From: Eledone cirrhosa
Lineage: Eukaryota
DNA: 64,000 bases
Direction: 5' to 3'
NCBI GenBank assembly: GCA_964016885.1
Contig: OZ024748.1
Location: 25,916,001 to 25,980,000, forward strand
In this document: in pieces, positions 31,005 to 44,269 of the stretch
How the letters are laid out: each line of letters opens with the position of its first letter
Numbering within the stretch: the first letter of the stretch is position 1
Position numbers and translations under genes: made by a program
The notes under the pieces: generated by a model
Database searches by the model: none
Told to the model about the DNA's origin: nothing
What the model saw: the letters and a program-made list of their open reading frames with translations, nothing else

Positions 31005-31625
31005 AATATGCACGTATGGATTATATCGAACATTAATAATAATGCTCGATTCGTTTGTAAACAAACGGCCCGATTTGAAGCTGTACCGTGCCGGTGACCG
31101 ATCGTCACTTGTTTGTTCAACACTGGCTTTGAGGAGCAATCAACATGTTTCAGGGTCATTACCCTTCATCAAGATTGTATACCTCTGCCAGTCTGTTGAC
31201 CGGTTGAAAATATATAGTATTTTCTTAAGTACACATCGGCTGAGTAACCTCATTTGTATACCGAGGGAGTTACGGCTGGCCTTGCCGAATATTAAAAATA
31301 AAATTAGAATTTTATTTCTCGCCCTAGCACAGTTGATACATAAATGTAACAGGGAACGAAAGAAAAGTACGTACAAAAATATGAATTTTCCTCACTAAAT
31401 ATGTGTGTAAAAACTAAAAAAATGTTTCTCTATTTTCTTATTATTCTCATTAATATGCAATTTAAATGCAGTATACATTTCCGTCGTTGAAAAAGCATAC
31501 AAAGCTGAAACCGGTACAATTAAAAGCGGAAATCCCTACTTTGTAAATAAATGTTTTGATGTTTTTCTGAAAAAATCCCTCTAGCATTTTCTACTGTGTT
31601 TTTTCTTCCTTTTTTACTATTTTGT
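31005..31625 (-). mobile_element. Non-coding repeat carrying the 31137 hammerhead (probable PLE pLTR); diverged partial copy at ~47150-47358 (+)
   Basis: Shared CAGTGTTGAACAAAC...TTTGTTTACAAAC...GAGCATTAT...AATGTTCG...AATCCATACGTGCATAT. Both copies end in microsatellite. Confidence 0.6.
31137..31177 (-). ncRNA. Minimal hammerhead motif, C3U core variant
   Basis: CAAUC-UUGAUGA-AGGGU(aaug)ACCCU-GAAA-CAUG-UU-GAUUG, with perfect stems I and II and a palindromic CAUG loop. Confidence 0.7.
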
Positions 31626-31676
31626 ATATATATATATATATAATATAATATATATATATATATATATAATATATAT

Positions 31677-31731
<55 letters not shown>

Positions 31732-31808
31732 ATATATATATATATATAATATATATATATATATAATATATATATATATAATATATATATATATAATATA
31801 TATATATA

Positions 31809-31842
<34 letters not shown>

Positions 31843-31884
31843 CATAATATATATATATAATATATATATATATATAATATATAT

Positions 31885-32071
31885 AATTGTCTCTACTTTA
31901 GGCACAAGGCCATCAATTACCCAGTGCATTACTGGTACTTTATTTTATCGACCCCGTAAGGATGAAAGGCAAAGTCAACCTCGGCGGGATTTGAACTCAG
32001 ATCGTAAAGGGACGTAACTATGCTGGAAATCATGGCGTCCGACATTCTACAGATACTGCCAATCCACCGCC

Positions 32072-32072
<1 letters not shown>
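31885..32072 (-). mobile_element. SINE family 1
   Basis: Reverse complement of 15557-15746. Confidence 0.85.
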
Positions 32073-32127
<55 letters not shown>

Positions 32128-32146
32128 CATATATTATATATATATA

Positions 32147-32193
<47 letters not shown>

Positions 32194-32300
32194 ATATATA
32201 CATATATATATAATATATATATATTCATATATATATATATATTATATATATTACATATATATATAATATATATATTACATATATATATAATATATATATA

Positions 32301-32370
<70 letters not shown>

Positions 32371-32456
32371 ATATATATATATATATTTACAATATATATA
32401 TATATATTATATATATATACATATATATATATATATAATATATATATATATTTACA

Positions 32457-32488
<32 letters not shown>

Positions 32489-32647
32489 TATACATATATA
32501 TATATATATTATATATATATATAATATATATATATTATATATATATATAATATATATATATTATATATATATATAATATATATATACATATATATATATA
32601 TATATTATATATATATATAATATATATATATTATATATATATATTAT

Positions 32648-32716
<69 letters not shown>

Positions 32717-32811
32717 ATATAATATATACATATATATATATATATTATATATATAATATATATATATTATATATATATATAATATATATATATATAATAT
32801 ATATATATTAT

Positions 32812-32858
<47 letters not shown>

Positions 32859-32866
32859 TATATTAT

Positions 32867-32959
<93 letters not shown>

Positions 32960-32962
32960 TAT

Positions 32963-32998
<36 letters not shown>

Positions 32999-33002
32999 AT
33001 AT

Positions 33003-33045
<43 letters not shown>

Positions 33046-33061
33046 TATATTATATATATAT

Positions 33062-33110
<49 letters not shown>

Positions 33111-33116
33111 TAATAA

Positions 33117-33169
<53 letters not shown>

Positions 33170-33214
33170 ATGCTAGCGTGGAAAGTGGACGCTAAACGAG
33201 GATGATGATGACTA

Positions 33215-33445
33215 TATATATATATAAGATCAAAAGATGGTTAAAAGAGTTCCAAGTATTTTATTATGCGCATTTCAAAAACAAATATCATCATGGAATG
33301 ATATCTGCGTTTTCATCAGATAAAATAGGATTTATAAAATAGGATATGATGAAAACGCAGATATCATCCCATAATGATATTTGTTTTTGAAATGCGCATA
33401 ATAAAATACTTGGAACTCTTTTAACCATCTTTTGATCTTATATAT
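33215..33445. repeat. Fold-back element, ~100-bp arms, carrying a hammerhead
   Basis: Arms ~33215-33318 and ~33347-33445; unpaired tail to ~33745. Lies within (TA)n. Confidence 0.9.
33257..33327 (-). ncRNA. Minimal type I hammerhead ribozyme with palindromic stem III loop
   Basis: UAUUUUAU-CUGAUGA-long stem II (AAACGCAGAUAUCAU/AUGAUAUUUGUUUUU)-GAAA-UGCGCA-UA-AUAAAAUA. Confidence 0.8.
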
Positions 33446-33738
33446 TTATATTCCAGTCCTACAAACTGTGTTCACTAAATGTGGTCACTTTTCTCCTAGT
33501 TTATTTTACACCTAATTCTGTTTAATTGACTGTATATCTGGGCGATTCATAGAAGCTGTCGAAATACTCGATAAATATTCCGTTGCAACTGACGCGAAGG
33601 GCTGCTTTCGGTTATTTGTTGGCGATTTCTTCGTAGAAGCCTTTATTCTTATAGCTTGGTCTAATCGATTTTTTATATGGTTAATTATGCTAATTGGGAG
33701 AAGAAATGGTATATATTTTATCTGGTGATTCTATAGAC

Positions 33739-33807
<69 letters not shown>

Positions 33808-33841
33808 TTATATATATATATTTTATATATTATATATATAT

Positions 33842-33890
<49 letters not shown>

Positions 33891-33951
33891 ATATTATATA
33901 TATATATATATATAAATATATATTTATATATATATATATTTATATATATAT

Positions 33952-33986
<35 letters not shown>

Positions 33987-34080
33987 AATATATATATAAA
34001 TATATATATATAAATATATATTTATATATATATAAATATATATATAAATATATATTTATATATATATTTATATATATATT

Positions 34081-34179
<99 letters not shown>

Positions 34180-34224
34180 ATTTATATATATTTATATATA
34201 TATATATATTTATACACATGTCTC

Positions 34225-36906
34225 CACTATCCTTTTCACAAGTTGAATGAAAACTTAAACTATGTCAACTTTAACTCTAACCACCCCAGATCTGTCAAAA
34301 ACACTATAGTAAACTCAGTTCAAAAACGTATCTCTAGGATCTCGTCGAATAGAAAGATTTTCGACGAAAAGGCCCAATACTATAATGAAGCACTAGCTAG
34401 GGCAGGATATGCTGATAAGATTGTGTACATAGATAATGATAGACAAACTAAACAAAGTAACAACTTTTTTAATTACGGCAACAACATTAACAACTATAAT
34501 AGAAAGCATTACAATAATTCCAAAGGACAAAAAAGAAATAGAACTAGGAACATAATTTGGTTTGCCCCCCCTTTCTCACTAAACATTAAAACCCACATCG
34601 CTAAATTATTTTTCAAAGCTCTTGATAATCGCTTCCCTAGAACACATAGGTATCACTCAATTTTCAATAGGCATACAATTAAATTAACCTACTCATCCAC
34701 CAAAAATTTAGCACAAAATATTAATAGAATAAATAATAGGAACTTAAAACCTACTGATAATAGCATAAATAATATACAAGTTAACAAATGTAACTGTAGA
34801 GATAGATCTAAATGTCCGTTAAATAACAACTGCTTAGTTAAAAATATAGTATACAATTGTAATGTTAATACTGACTCTAATTCTTTTAACTACGTCGGTT
34901 CCACATCGACGGAATTTAAACTTCGCTATAATAACCACAAGAATTCTTTCACAGATCCAAGTAAAAAATCTTCAACGGCACTATCAGGCGTACTCTGGCA
35001 ACTTAAGCTCGATAACGTTAGATATTCGTCTCTTGGAATATAGTCTCAAGAGGGATTCCTTTTAATTCATCCTCTGAGACATGTGACCTCTGCGCAGAGG
35101 AGATATTCTTTATACTAAAATCTAAAAATTCCCTTAACCTACGGACAAATTTATTCAGTTGTTGCAAACATAGATTAAACTCAACGTTTAAATATAAATT
35201 TAAATTTAAAATGTAGTATATTTAGTTTGATTTATATTTATATGGGAAACTAGCCGATAAATTTTTGATTCCTAAATCTTTGATTCCTTCTTTTTACTCT
35301 CTTTTTTTATTGTTTATTTTTATTTTATTTTTATCTAAACATTCCTCATGAAAAATTAAGCTACCCTAAAAGCTGATGCTCCAAATTTTTTGAATAAACC
35401 TTACACTAGATAAACTTCTATATTAAATATAAGAACATATATAGACCTAATTGGACATCATAATCTTTTTGAAATGATCCTTGCTAGATGTGATTTGATA
35501 GATAATTTTTGGCTTTGTCTTGTAAAGAACTTGGCAATATATTGTCAATTAACTCTGAAGGGTTGATCTTTGTGGTGTATTTGTATTTTTATTTTTATTT
35601 ATTTATTTTTTTTTTTTATTATTATTTTTATTTTTTTTTTTATTTTTATTATTGTAGTATTCTATAATATTTTTTATTTTTATTGTATTTTTAATATCTT
35701 TAATATGTAAATTTTTAATACGTAATATTTTTAATACGGAGTATGTTTAATATATAATATTTTTATTATGTAATATTCTTTCGTAATATTTTTTAATTTT
35801 TAATTTTTTTAGTTTTCTATTCTATATTTTTACTTATTATTATTATTGTTATCTTTTTATTTTTAGTTTTGTTTATGATATATTATTAGTATATTGAAAT
35901 CTGCTCTCTACTTCTGCTTGATAGATAATCTTGTAGAGTAATGACAGGAATAATAATACACATATTTGTATGCTCAAATTTTTATACCACATTGAGAATG
36001 TTTTCCGTGAACTTAGAGTTTGCAGAGTGAATCAGTTGGATTCACATGGATGTTTGTAGCTGTCACATAAACATATGAATTTTTTTAAAACTAAACATAA
36101 GATAATTAATTTTCACACATTATAGATACTTGTCTCATTCAGGAATACTGATATTTACAATATAGTGTAAGTTTTATAAATACTAATACATTAAAACATA
36201 GGGTTTTTACACCTCGAATATATCTGGCTATTTTTAAATTTTTTCTCTCGCTATTTTTTTCCTCTCTATATTTTTTTTTCTCTCTCTATATATCTCTCTA
36301 TATATCTCCCTTACATTAATACTTGAGCTAAATAAATAAATAAATAAATAAATAAACGTATCATTGATACATTTACCCAAAATGACCTCCCACTACCTAA
36401 TTTTCTATATATATATATGTATCTATCTCTATTTCCTCTCTCTCTCTATATATATATATCTTTCTGTTTCTTTACATGAAGTTCTTCGCTTTATCTATCT
36501 TTCCATCTCTCTATTTTGTTCCATGCATTTCCTCTTTCTCTTCTTTTTCTTCCTTTTCTTCGTTTTCTGTCTTTCTTTCTGTTTTCTCTCTTTCTTTCTC
36601 TCTGTGTAAAATTTTTTCACAGCCAGCGTAAACCTCTTCAAATGAAGTCGGTGTTATAACGGTATGTCGAATCTATTTATCTATAAAACTGTTTATATTG
36701 TATTTTGTCTGATGAAGGCATAGCATATTGTTAATATGATATCCCCGAAATATATATAATGAAATAAATATGGTTTTATAAATATAGTTTTCCATTTATT
36801 TAATATTGTAATATTGTAAATATACTCCAAATATTTGTCAAGTGCTTTTATATCAGTTATAAATATTTACTAGTTGTAACCCAACAATTTTAAATATAAC
36901 TTTCCA
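34225..36906 (+). mobile_element. Penelope-like element, Naiad-type, 5'-truncated (RT thumb/linker + GIY-YIG), with long AT-rich 3' region ending in a hammerhead motif
   Basis: YVNFNSNHP, R.SRISS, IIWFAPPFS, CNCRDRSKCPLNNNCL, NIVY...YVGST...FKLRYNNH. After a frameshift near 35030: WNIV...CDLC.EE...LN.R...CCKH, stop at 35216. Flanked by (TA)n. Confidence 0.85.
36701..36766 (+). ncRNA. Hammerhead motif at the 3' end of the Naiad-type PLE
   Basis: UAUUUUGU-CUGAUGA-imperfect stem II (CAUAUU/AAUAUG core)-GAAA-UAUAUA-UA-AUGAAAUA. Confidence 0.6.
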
Positions 36907-37012
36907 TATATATATTTATATATATATATTTATATATATTTATATATATATATTTATATATATTTATATATATATATTTATATATATTTATATATATATA
37001 TTTATATATATT

Positions 37013-37045
<33 letters not shown>

Positions 37046-37086
37046 TTATATATATATTTATATATATATATATTTATATATATATT

Positions 37087-37203
<117 letters not shown>

Positions 37204-37369
37204 CTTTGGGAGGGTCATGTTGCCAATAAGAAACACACGCACCAGTTGCTTTCACTTCAATTTATTATATATTTATAAATTTATTATATATTTATAAATT
37301 TACAAGTTTATAAATTTATAAATTTCTGGTTGGTTGGTTGGTTCCACAACCAGATAGTTGTTTATATAT

Positions 37370-37414
37370 AGTCATAGTCCTTTCGTCACACACTCTGTGA
37401 CCTCTTCAGTGACT
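37370..37414 (-). ncRNA. Minimal type I hammerhead ribozyme motif (PLE inverted pLTR)
   Basis: AGUCA-CUGAAGA-G-GUCACA(gagug)UGUGAC-GAAA-GGAC-UA-UGACU: stems I and II pair, core intact, CUA cleavage triplet. Confidence 0.8.
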
Positions 37415-37685
37415 GGGGATTCCTTTCTTTGTTTCTGTGCCTCTCTTTTGTTCTGTCCTACGCTATTTTGTTTCTGTGTGTGTGTCGTGTGCTCAGTCTG
37501 CGCATGCGCCACATCCGGGTGTCTGTGTGTGTTTATGTTCATTTATCTATTTGCTTATTTATTTACTTATTTACATGTTACTGGTTGGTTGTTTGTTCTA
37601 TGTGTGTGTGTGTTTTCATTTTGTCCTTAATTGTAAGTTGTGATGTTGCTGTTCCACTCATATTTTTTCTATTTAATTTTGGTTT

Positions 37686-39029
37686 GCACATGCGGTAGGG
37701 GCCAGCATAAAACTAACCCTTAAGGAACATATGTTCAAATTTAATGGAAAAACATATGCCCAAGAGGAAGGAGCAGCCATTGGTGTTAGCATTGCAGGCG
37801 ACATAGCTAACTTATTCATGGTATGGTGGGACAGTAGACTTAAACTTAAACTTAAAGAACAATTAGAAGACCCCTTAACCCTGATAATGTACTCCCGCTA
37901 CGTAGATGATATAAACATCGTAGTGAAGACACCCCCACTAGAGAACAGTCAGGAACTAGAGAAAAACACAATGGAAAGCATCCAGCAAATAGCAAACTCC
38001 ATCCACCAGAGCATTAGAGTTACTATAGACTACCCAAGTAGACACCCCAACCATCGATTACCTGTACTAGACACAGAGCTCTGGTTAGATACCATTAACA
38101 ACAAAAAACAAATCCTCCATTCCCATTATGCCAAACCCATGACTTCCAAACATCTGATCCACCTAAACTCGGCCATTTCGGACCATACCAAAATCAACAT
38201 ACTGATTGCGGATTTGGTACGGATGATGAGAAATGTGTCCCGCATGTGCAACCCCGAAGAACTAGAGAGACACATACAACACTTCATCCACCGTATGCAG
38301 TTCTCTGGCTACAATCAGAGAGATAGAATCAGAGTGTATAGAGGAGCCAGAACCAAATGGGAAAAAATGGTAAATAATGACATAAATGGGACCTGCCCCT
38401 TGTATAGGAGCAAATTTTGGAATAGAATAGAAAGAACTAGGAACAAGGCTAATAGAATAAACTCATGTTATGATAGCAATAAACACCAGAGTGTAATGTT
38501 CATCGATACAACCCCTAGAGGCGAACTAGCCTACAAATTTAGAAGGGCCCTAAATAAACATAAACTCAATATTAAGATAGTAGAAAGACCAGGTACCTCC
38601 GTAAAAACACTTATTAGCAAGACATACCCTTTTCAAAGACCCTCATGTATAGATAAGAAATGTATAACCTGTAAAATAAGCCCCCATATTAACTGTAAAA
38701 CTAGAAATGTAGTGTATAGCATAAGATGTACGGAAGGACAATGTAGAGACAAAAATATAGTGTACATAGGTGAGACAGCTCGTAGTATAGGGGAACGGAT
38801 AAATGAACACTGGCGAGACCTTCAAGATAATAAAGAATCATCTGTACTCTACCAACATGCTAAGATAGAACACAAGGGTAAATTAGAGAACATAGAAATA
38901 AAAATAGAATCTACACACAGAAAAGATGCAATGTTTAGACAAATTACAGAGGCAATAAACATAAAAAAATTACAACCAAAATTAAATAGAAAATATGAGT
39001 GGAACAGCAACATCACAACTTACAATTAA
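37686..39029 (+). CDS. PLE RT (C-terminal half) + GIY-YIG endonuclease; uninterrupted but 5'-truncated
   Basis: YAQEEGAAIG..IANLFM, RYVDD, LPVLD, Cys linker CIDKKCITC, NVVY..C...YIGETARSIGERINEH, H..IEH, EAI..LN. The frame stays open upstream of the ATG to the inversion junction. Confidence 0.9.
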   Translation, partial: AHAVGASIKLTLKEHMFKFNGKTYAQEEGAAIGVSIAGDIANLFMVWWDSRLKLKLKEQLEDPLTLIMYSRYVDDINIVVKTPPLENSQELEKNTMESIQQIANSIHQSIRVTIDYPSRHPNHRLPVLDTELWLDTINNKKQILHSHYAKPMTSKHLIHLNSAISDHTKINILIADLVRMMRNVSRMCNPEELERHIQHFIHRMQFSGYNQRDRIRVYRGARTKWEKMVNNDINGTCPLYRSKFWNRIERTRNKANRINSCYDSNKHQSVMFIDTTPRGELAYKFRRALNKHKLNIKIVERPGTSVKTLISKTYPFQRPSCIDKKCITCKISPHINCKTRNVVYSIRCTEGQCRDKNIVYIGETARSIGERINEHWRDLQDNKESSVLYQHAKIEHKGKLENIEIKIESTHRKDAMFRQITEAINIKKLQPKLNRKYEWNSNITTYN

Positions 39030-39241
39030 TGACAAAATGAAAACACACACACACATAGAACAAACAACCAACCAGTAACATGTAAATAAGTAAATAAATA
39101 AACAAATAGATAAATGAACATAAACACACACAGACACCCGGATGTGGCGCATGCGCAGACTGAGCACACAACACACACACAGAAACAAAATGGCGTAGGA
39201 CAGAACAAAGGAGAGGCACAGAAACAAAGAAAGGAATCCCC

Positions 39242-39286
39242 AGTCACTGAAGAGGTCACAGAGTGTGTGACGAAAGGACTGTGACT
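39242..39286 (+). ncRNA. Hammerhead motif in the 3' pLTR with G at the cleavage position (likely inactive)
   Basis: Identical to 37370-37414 except CUA>CUG at 39281. Confidence 0.75.
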
Positions 39287-39498
39287 ATATATAAACAACT
39301 ATCTGGTTGTGGAACCAACCAACCAACCAGAAATTTATAAATTTATAAACTTGTAAATTTATAAATATATAATAAATTGAAGTGAATGCAACTGGTGCGT
39401 GTGTTTCTTATTGGCAACATGACCCTCCCAAAGTATAACAATATCGGTTTCAACACACGATTTCAGATAAAGAATCTTGCCAAACAAATTCAGAAACG

Positions 39499-39568
<70 letters not shown>

Positions 39569-39569
39569 T

Positions 39570-40270
39570 TATACTCTGATATAACACCTGCAACCCTGAT
39601 GGTATCCAATGATGTTGACTTGTTCTTCTTTTTGGTAAATATCATCTTGGTTAAGAGAGTGGGACTGGCTTTGTGCAGTGCCTTTGCTGATTATAAAAAC
39701 TTCACGGCACAGGCATTGCTTTATATCTGGAGATCTCTCTGCACTTGTCGTCACATGGTACCATGGGCCCAGCACTATGTGTCAATAATTATCACAAGTG
39801 TAGTGTTTGTACCAGAGTTTTCATGTCGCAGGCTGGACTAAAAAGTCACACTCGTTCAGCGCATCGGTAGGGGTTCTCCTACATGGATATAAAGTAGTGG
39901 CCGTACTCGAAAATGAGTTGGCAGCCACCATGTATGTATGTATGTAGTATTTCCAGACAGCGAAGGTTCTTTTATGGCGCTAACATGCAGCGTCTGTGCG
40001 AGACTCTGCCTCAGCAAAGCTGGACTGGAAAGTCATCTTCGCAGTCATAAAGTGAGACCTGTAGTTGACTACCAGGCTGCTGTTGGAGATGCTACTCATC
40101 ATGCCTGCTAAGCATGTGGTAGAGAATGTAAATCAGCAGGAGTGCTCAAATGACATGCAAAAGTACATGAACTCCAACCACAATCGGCTACTGCCAGTGA
40201 ATATTTTGCTTGTCAACTCTGTGCAAGAGAGTTTAGATCATTGGGTGGGCTAAAAAGCCACATTCGATCG
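39570..40270 (-). mobile_element. Highly decayed LINE fragment (RTE-like)
   Basis: Weak post-RT similarity across frameshifts (LG...DDKC.EI.R...A...F); GC-richer block. Confidence 0.35.
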
Positions 40271-40304
40271 CAGCACTGTTAATTGTTTTCGTATGTGTGT
40301 ATAG

Positions 40305-40399
<95 letters not shown>

Positions 40400-40402
40400 A
40401 GA

Positions 40403-40453
<51 letters not shown>

Positions 40454-40758
40454 ATTATTGTCGTTGTTATTATTATTTTTTTTCGTGCAATGGCCATACT
40501 CGATAACAAGGGGGTAGCCATCATGTATGTATGTAAAAGGTAAACAGAAATAACAACACAATCGGTACAGTATATTGGAGGAATATATTAGGTTAACATT
40601 TGAAATAGCAGGAAGCGGGTCGTAACGTTTCGGACGCTAGACCTTCTTCAGAAGAAAGAATGAGAAATAAAATAGATTGAAGGGACGGGCGGCGAGGAAA
40701 TGGAAAAAAAAATGTCTTTAGATAAAAATAACAGGTCCATTCATGTTGACATCTCTTG

Positions 40759-40839
<81 letters not shown>

Positions 40840-41266
40840 TACTTATATATAGAAATATAAATAAGATAAGGGTAATATTGTATATTACCCGATTACCAGT
40901 AAGATATACTACAGAGCCGAAATACAACATAAATAACAATCAAATTGTGTTTAAGGCATTTAATTGCTTACAATCGTTTCATCCAGATATAAGGCGCATA
41001 ATGGGAAAATACTTTGAAACGAAGTTGCCCCTGAAATGGGAATACAAATGGAATAAAACAAGTTTCGCGTAAATCGAAGCACGGGTTCCCGAGATATGGG
41101 GTTTTCTGGGTACCTTCATAAACAGAGAGAAAGTGATAGTGGTTGTGAGAGAATAGATTGAAAGAGAGACACAGAGAGAGGAGACAGAGGAGAATGGGAG
41201 AGAGAACTGATGGTGTTGTTGTGTATATATATATATATATGTGTGAGTGTGTGTATATATATATTG

Positions 41267-41552
41267 TGGAGGCACGTGGCCTAGTGGTAAGAGTGTTGGA
41301 CTTACGATCATAATGTGGTGGGTTCGATTCCTGGGTTGCGTGTTGTGTTCTTGAGCAAAACACTTCATTTCACGTTGCTCCAGTATACTCAGCTGAAAAT
41401 GAGTACCAGCAATGGCTGGAGGTTTAACCCTGCGATGGACTGGCGTCCTGTCCAGGGGGGAGTCTTGTTCTCTCAGCCGCTTCACGCCATGAAACCGGGG
41501 ATAAGCACCGGCCAAATGAGCCTTCTGGCTTAAGACAGACTTTAGACTTTTT
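41267..41552 (+). mobile_element. tRNA-derived SINE, family 2 (CORE-like)
   Basis: A box TGGCCTAGTGG, B box GGTTCGATTCC, TGTGTTCTTGAGCAAAACACTT core, AGACTTT tail repeats. Partial relatives at 15323-15470, 58675-58745, 9597-9750, 59100-59250(-) and 27225-27370(-). Confidence 0.8.
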
Positions 41553-41912
41553 AGTGTATATATATAAATATATATATGTGTGTGTGTGTATGTGTGTCCC
41601 TATGACCAGTGTATGTAGATCAGACACCCACACACATATATATACACACACACATACACACACACACACACATATATATATGTATGTATACACACACACA
41701 TACACACATATATATATACATATACACACATGTATATATGGAGCTTCCAGTTTCACCTCTCATTATATACATGTCTGTGTATGTTTTAATTATTTAATAA
41801 TTATTTTTAAGTGAACATGATTTCAAAATATTTTGAAGTGGACGTGAGCCAACGGGTCACGGCTGGTCTAGTATATACTGTAATTAGGTTAAAGCTATAC
41901 ATATATAATATA

Positions 41913-42508
41913 CCAGCAGTGGTACCCGGCGTTGCACGAGATAAGGTATTTTGGAACGCGGGCTGCCAACAGACCTAATCGTGGAAAAACTGCATGCCTG
42001 GACAATATGTAAAGAAAATAACCCGAATACTCTGATGGCTGGATAATCTTTAAGATTTTCCTCGATGAAGCAGGAAAAATGCAGGTTTTCACCTAGGGGA
42101 TCAAGAAAATAAATTTTTTTTATGTGCATAATATGCCTTGAAATTTCGGGAAAATCGGTTAGACGTAACGCCTCCAAAAAGCCCTAAAAAGCTGAAAAAT
42201 GAAGTTTTTCACCTAATGCGAGCCCTTGGCCATAAAAAAAGTTGGATTTTCTTTGCTCACGGTATGAAGAAGAGACTGACTAATACATAGTTACAATTTC
42301 AAGGAAATCGGTCTGACATAACGCCTCAAAAAAACCCTAAAAAGCTTAAAAACGCAGTTTTTCACCGAATGCGGGCGCTAGGAGATTAAAAAAATTGAAT
42401 TTTTTATGTGCATAACACTCCCTGAAACATAAGTAATACACATGTAAAGTTTGAAAAAAATCGGTTGGGTACTTCTCGAGTTTTAGGGATTCAAACTCAC
42501 AGACACAG

Positions 42509-42541
<33 letters not shown>

Positions 42542-42854
42542 TCCTCAGGGAAGTGACATAATGCAGACAGCCAGACATACAGACAAATATTATAAGGGCG
42601 CGACATTATATGTATGTATCTATCTAAAAAGAGAAAGACTAAGAATTATAGAGAGAGATTGCTAAATCGCCTAATGCGGTCACTAGGGCATTGAAAATTT
42701 GAATTTTTTTATACTCAGAACACTCTCTGAAACATAAGTATTACATGTGTAAAGTTTGAAAACAGTCGGTTGGGTGCTTCTCTAGTTTTAGGGATTCAAA
42801 CTGACACACACACACACACACACAGGCAGACATCCTCAGTTTTATATATATAGA
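41913..42854 (-). mobile_element. Non-autonomous Helitron family A, copy 1
   Basis: 3' CTGG + hairpin; 5' TC at 42854; internal (CA)n. Near-identical to 44270-45971. Confidence 0.8.
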
Positions 42855-43368
42855 CTAGCAGAAAACCAGCCGATGGGCGGTTTTCTGCTAGCAAATCTAG
42901 TGTATATACTGATATTGTTGAGATTTGGATGAGAAATGTTTTCGGCACCACATGTTCACCGTCTCTCGGTGTGTCTTTTATGCATGTATAAATATATATG
43001 TTATCTATACGGTGAAATCTTTGACATAAATATATGTTAAAACGAAAAAGGAGAAAAAGAGATTAGTGACGGAAATATAAACGCTATGATACATAAACGT
43101 TATGATATAACGATGGAAATATATAAACGTTTACGATAAAACGATGGAAATAGAAACGTTTATATATAATGATAAGCCGAAACACTCGTAAGCCGAAACA
43201 CTCGTAAGTCGAAACACTCGTAAAGCGAAACGTATAAATAAAGATTAATGTAATGAATTTGAAAAGCATAGAGATTTGAAACCGCGTCTATTTGTTTCCT
43301 TGGCATTTTTTACAGACGGACAGACAGACAAACAAACAGAGAAATGCCCATTATATATTATAAGTAGA
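42855..43368 (-). mobile_element. Non-autonomous Helitron family B abutting family A
   Basis: CTAG end with palindrome CTAGCAGAAAACC..GGTTTTCTGCTAG. 5' TCTACTTATAATATATAATGGGC + (TGTC)n. Internal 16-bp repeats. Related 5' ends at ~43590-43628 and 44225-44266. Confidence 0.65.
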
Positions 43369-43631
43369 CTTGGCATGGTGTCAAGTCAGAACCGCATCGA
43401 ACTGGTTACTTCTGGCTTGTGCAAGGTGTCTCTATAGCAATCAGCGATTCCCTCGGCCTCAGTGACCAAAGTCAGTGGAGAGGGGAAGGTAATGTTTCTA
43501 TAGCGACAGTGTTTCTCTTGGTAGTACCAAAGTGGAGAAAGGAAGGGGAAGGTAATATTTCTGTAGCACCTACATTTGAGTTTTAGGGAAGGACAGACAG
43601 ACAGACAAACAGAGAAATGCCCATATATTTC

Positions 43632-43664
<33 letters not shown>

Positions 43665-43783
43665 TACACACACAGAAATGTATATATATTTCTTAGAACA
43701 AAATTATTATTAAAAATTTCTTTTGAAATTATTAGTTATTTTACTAATGCTTAGATATGTAAAAATGAAGCAATGTTTCTAAT

Positions 43784-43973
43784 AATTGTTTCTACTTTTG
43801 GCACAAGGCCAGCAATTACCCAGTACATTACTGGTACTTTATTTTATCGACCCCGTGAGGATGAAAGGCAAAGTTAACCTCGGCAGTATTTGAACTCAGA
43901 CCGTAAAGGGACGTAACTCCATGCTATGAAGCATGGTGTCCGACTCTCTACAGATTCTGCCAATCCACCGCCC
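43784..43973 (-). mobile_element. SINE family 1
   Basis: Reverse complement of 15557-15746. Confidence 0.85.
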
Positions 43974-44269
43974 TAATGTCTGTACGTAATGAGGGAGTGA
44001 GAGGGAGAGAAAGAAAGGCAGAGGTGAAGTGACGAAGTGACTCTCTCCTCCTCCTCCTCCTCCTCCCCATTCGTCACAGCGATAGAGGGGAGGAATGTTA
44101 GTGTGTTACAAAGAGAAAGAGTGAGAGTGAGAGAAACAGACAGACTAAAAGAGAGGGATAGCTGGAGAGAGAGAGAGAGAGAGAGAGAGATAGCAACCAC
44201 GCGCGCACGTGTTTCCACTGTCGGACAGACAGACAGAGAAATTGCTGGTTATATATTATAAGGAGATTA

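Larger units (their letters stand above)
31625..34215. repeat. Long interrupted (TA)n arrays with TAA/TTA/TTTA variants hosting SINE and fold-back insertions
   Basis: Directly visible. Confidence 0.95.

Noticed and set aside
34243-35216. Selenocysteine recoding, reported for some Naiad PLEs
   Set aside because: The conserved Cys positions here are TGT/TGC. The ORF break is a frameshift, not an in-frame TGA.
40624-40656. Functional hammerhead (CUGAAGA-AGG..UCC-GAAACGUU, minus strand)
   Set aside because: The core is present but stem I does not pair; counted only as a relic.
41267-41340. tRNA gene
   Set aside because: A and B boxes are present but there is no acceptor stem, and it continues into a SINE body with other copies.
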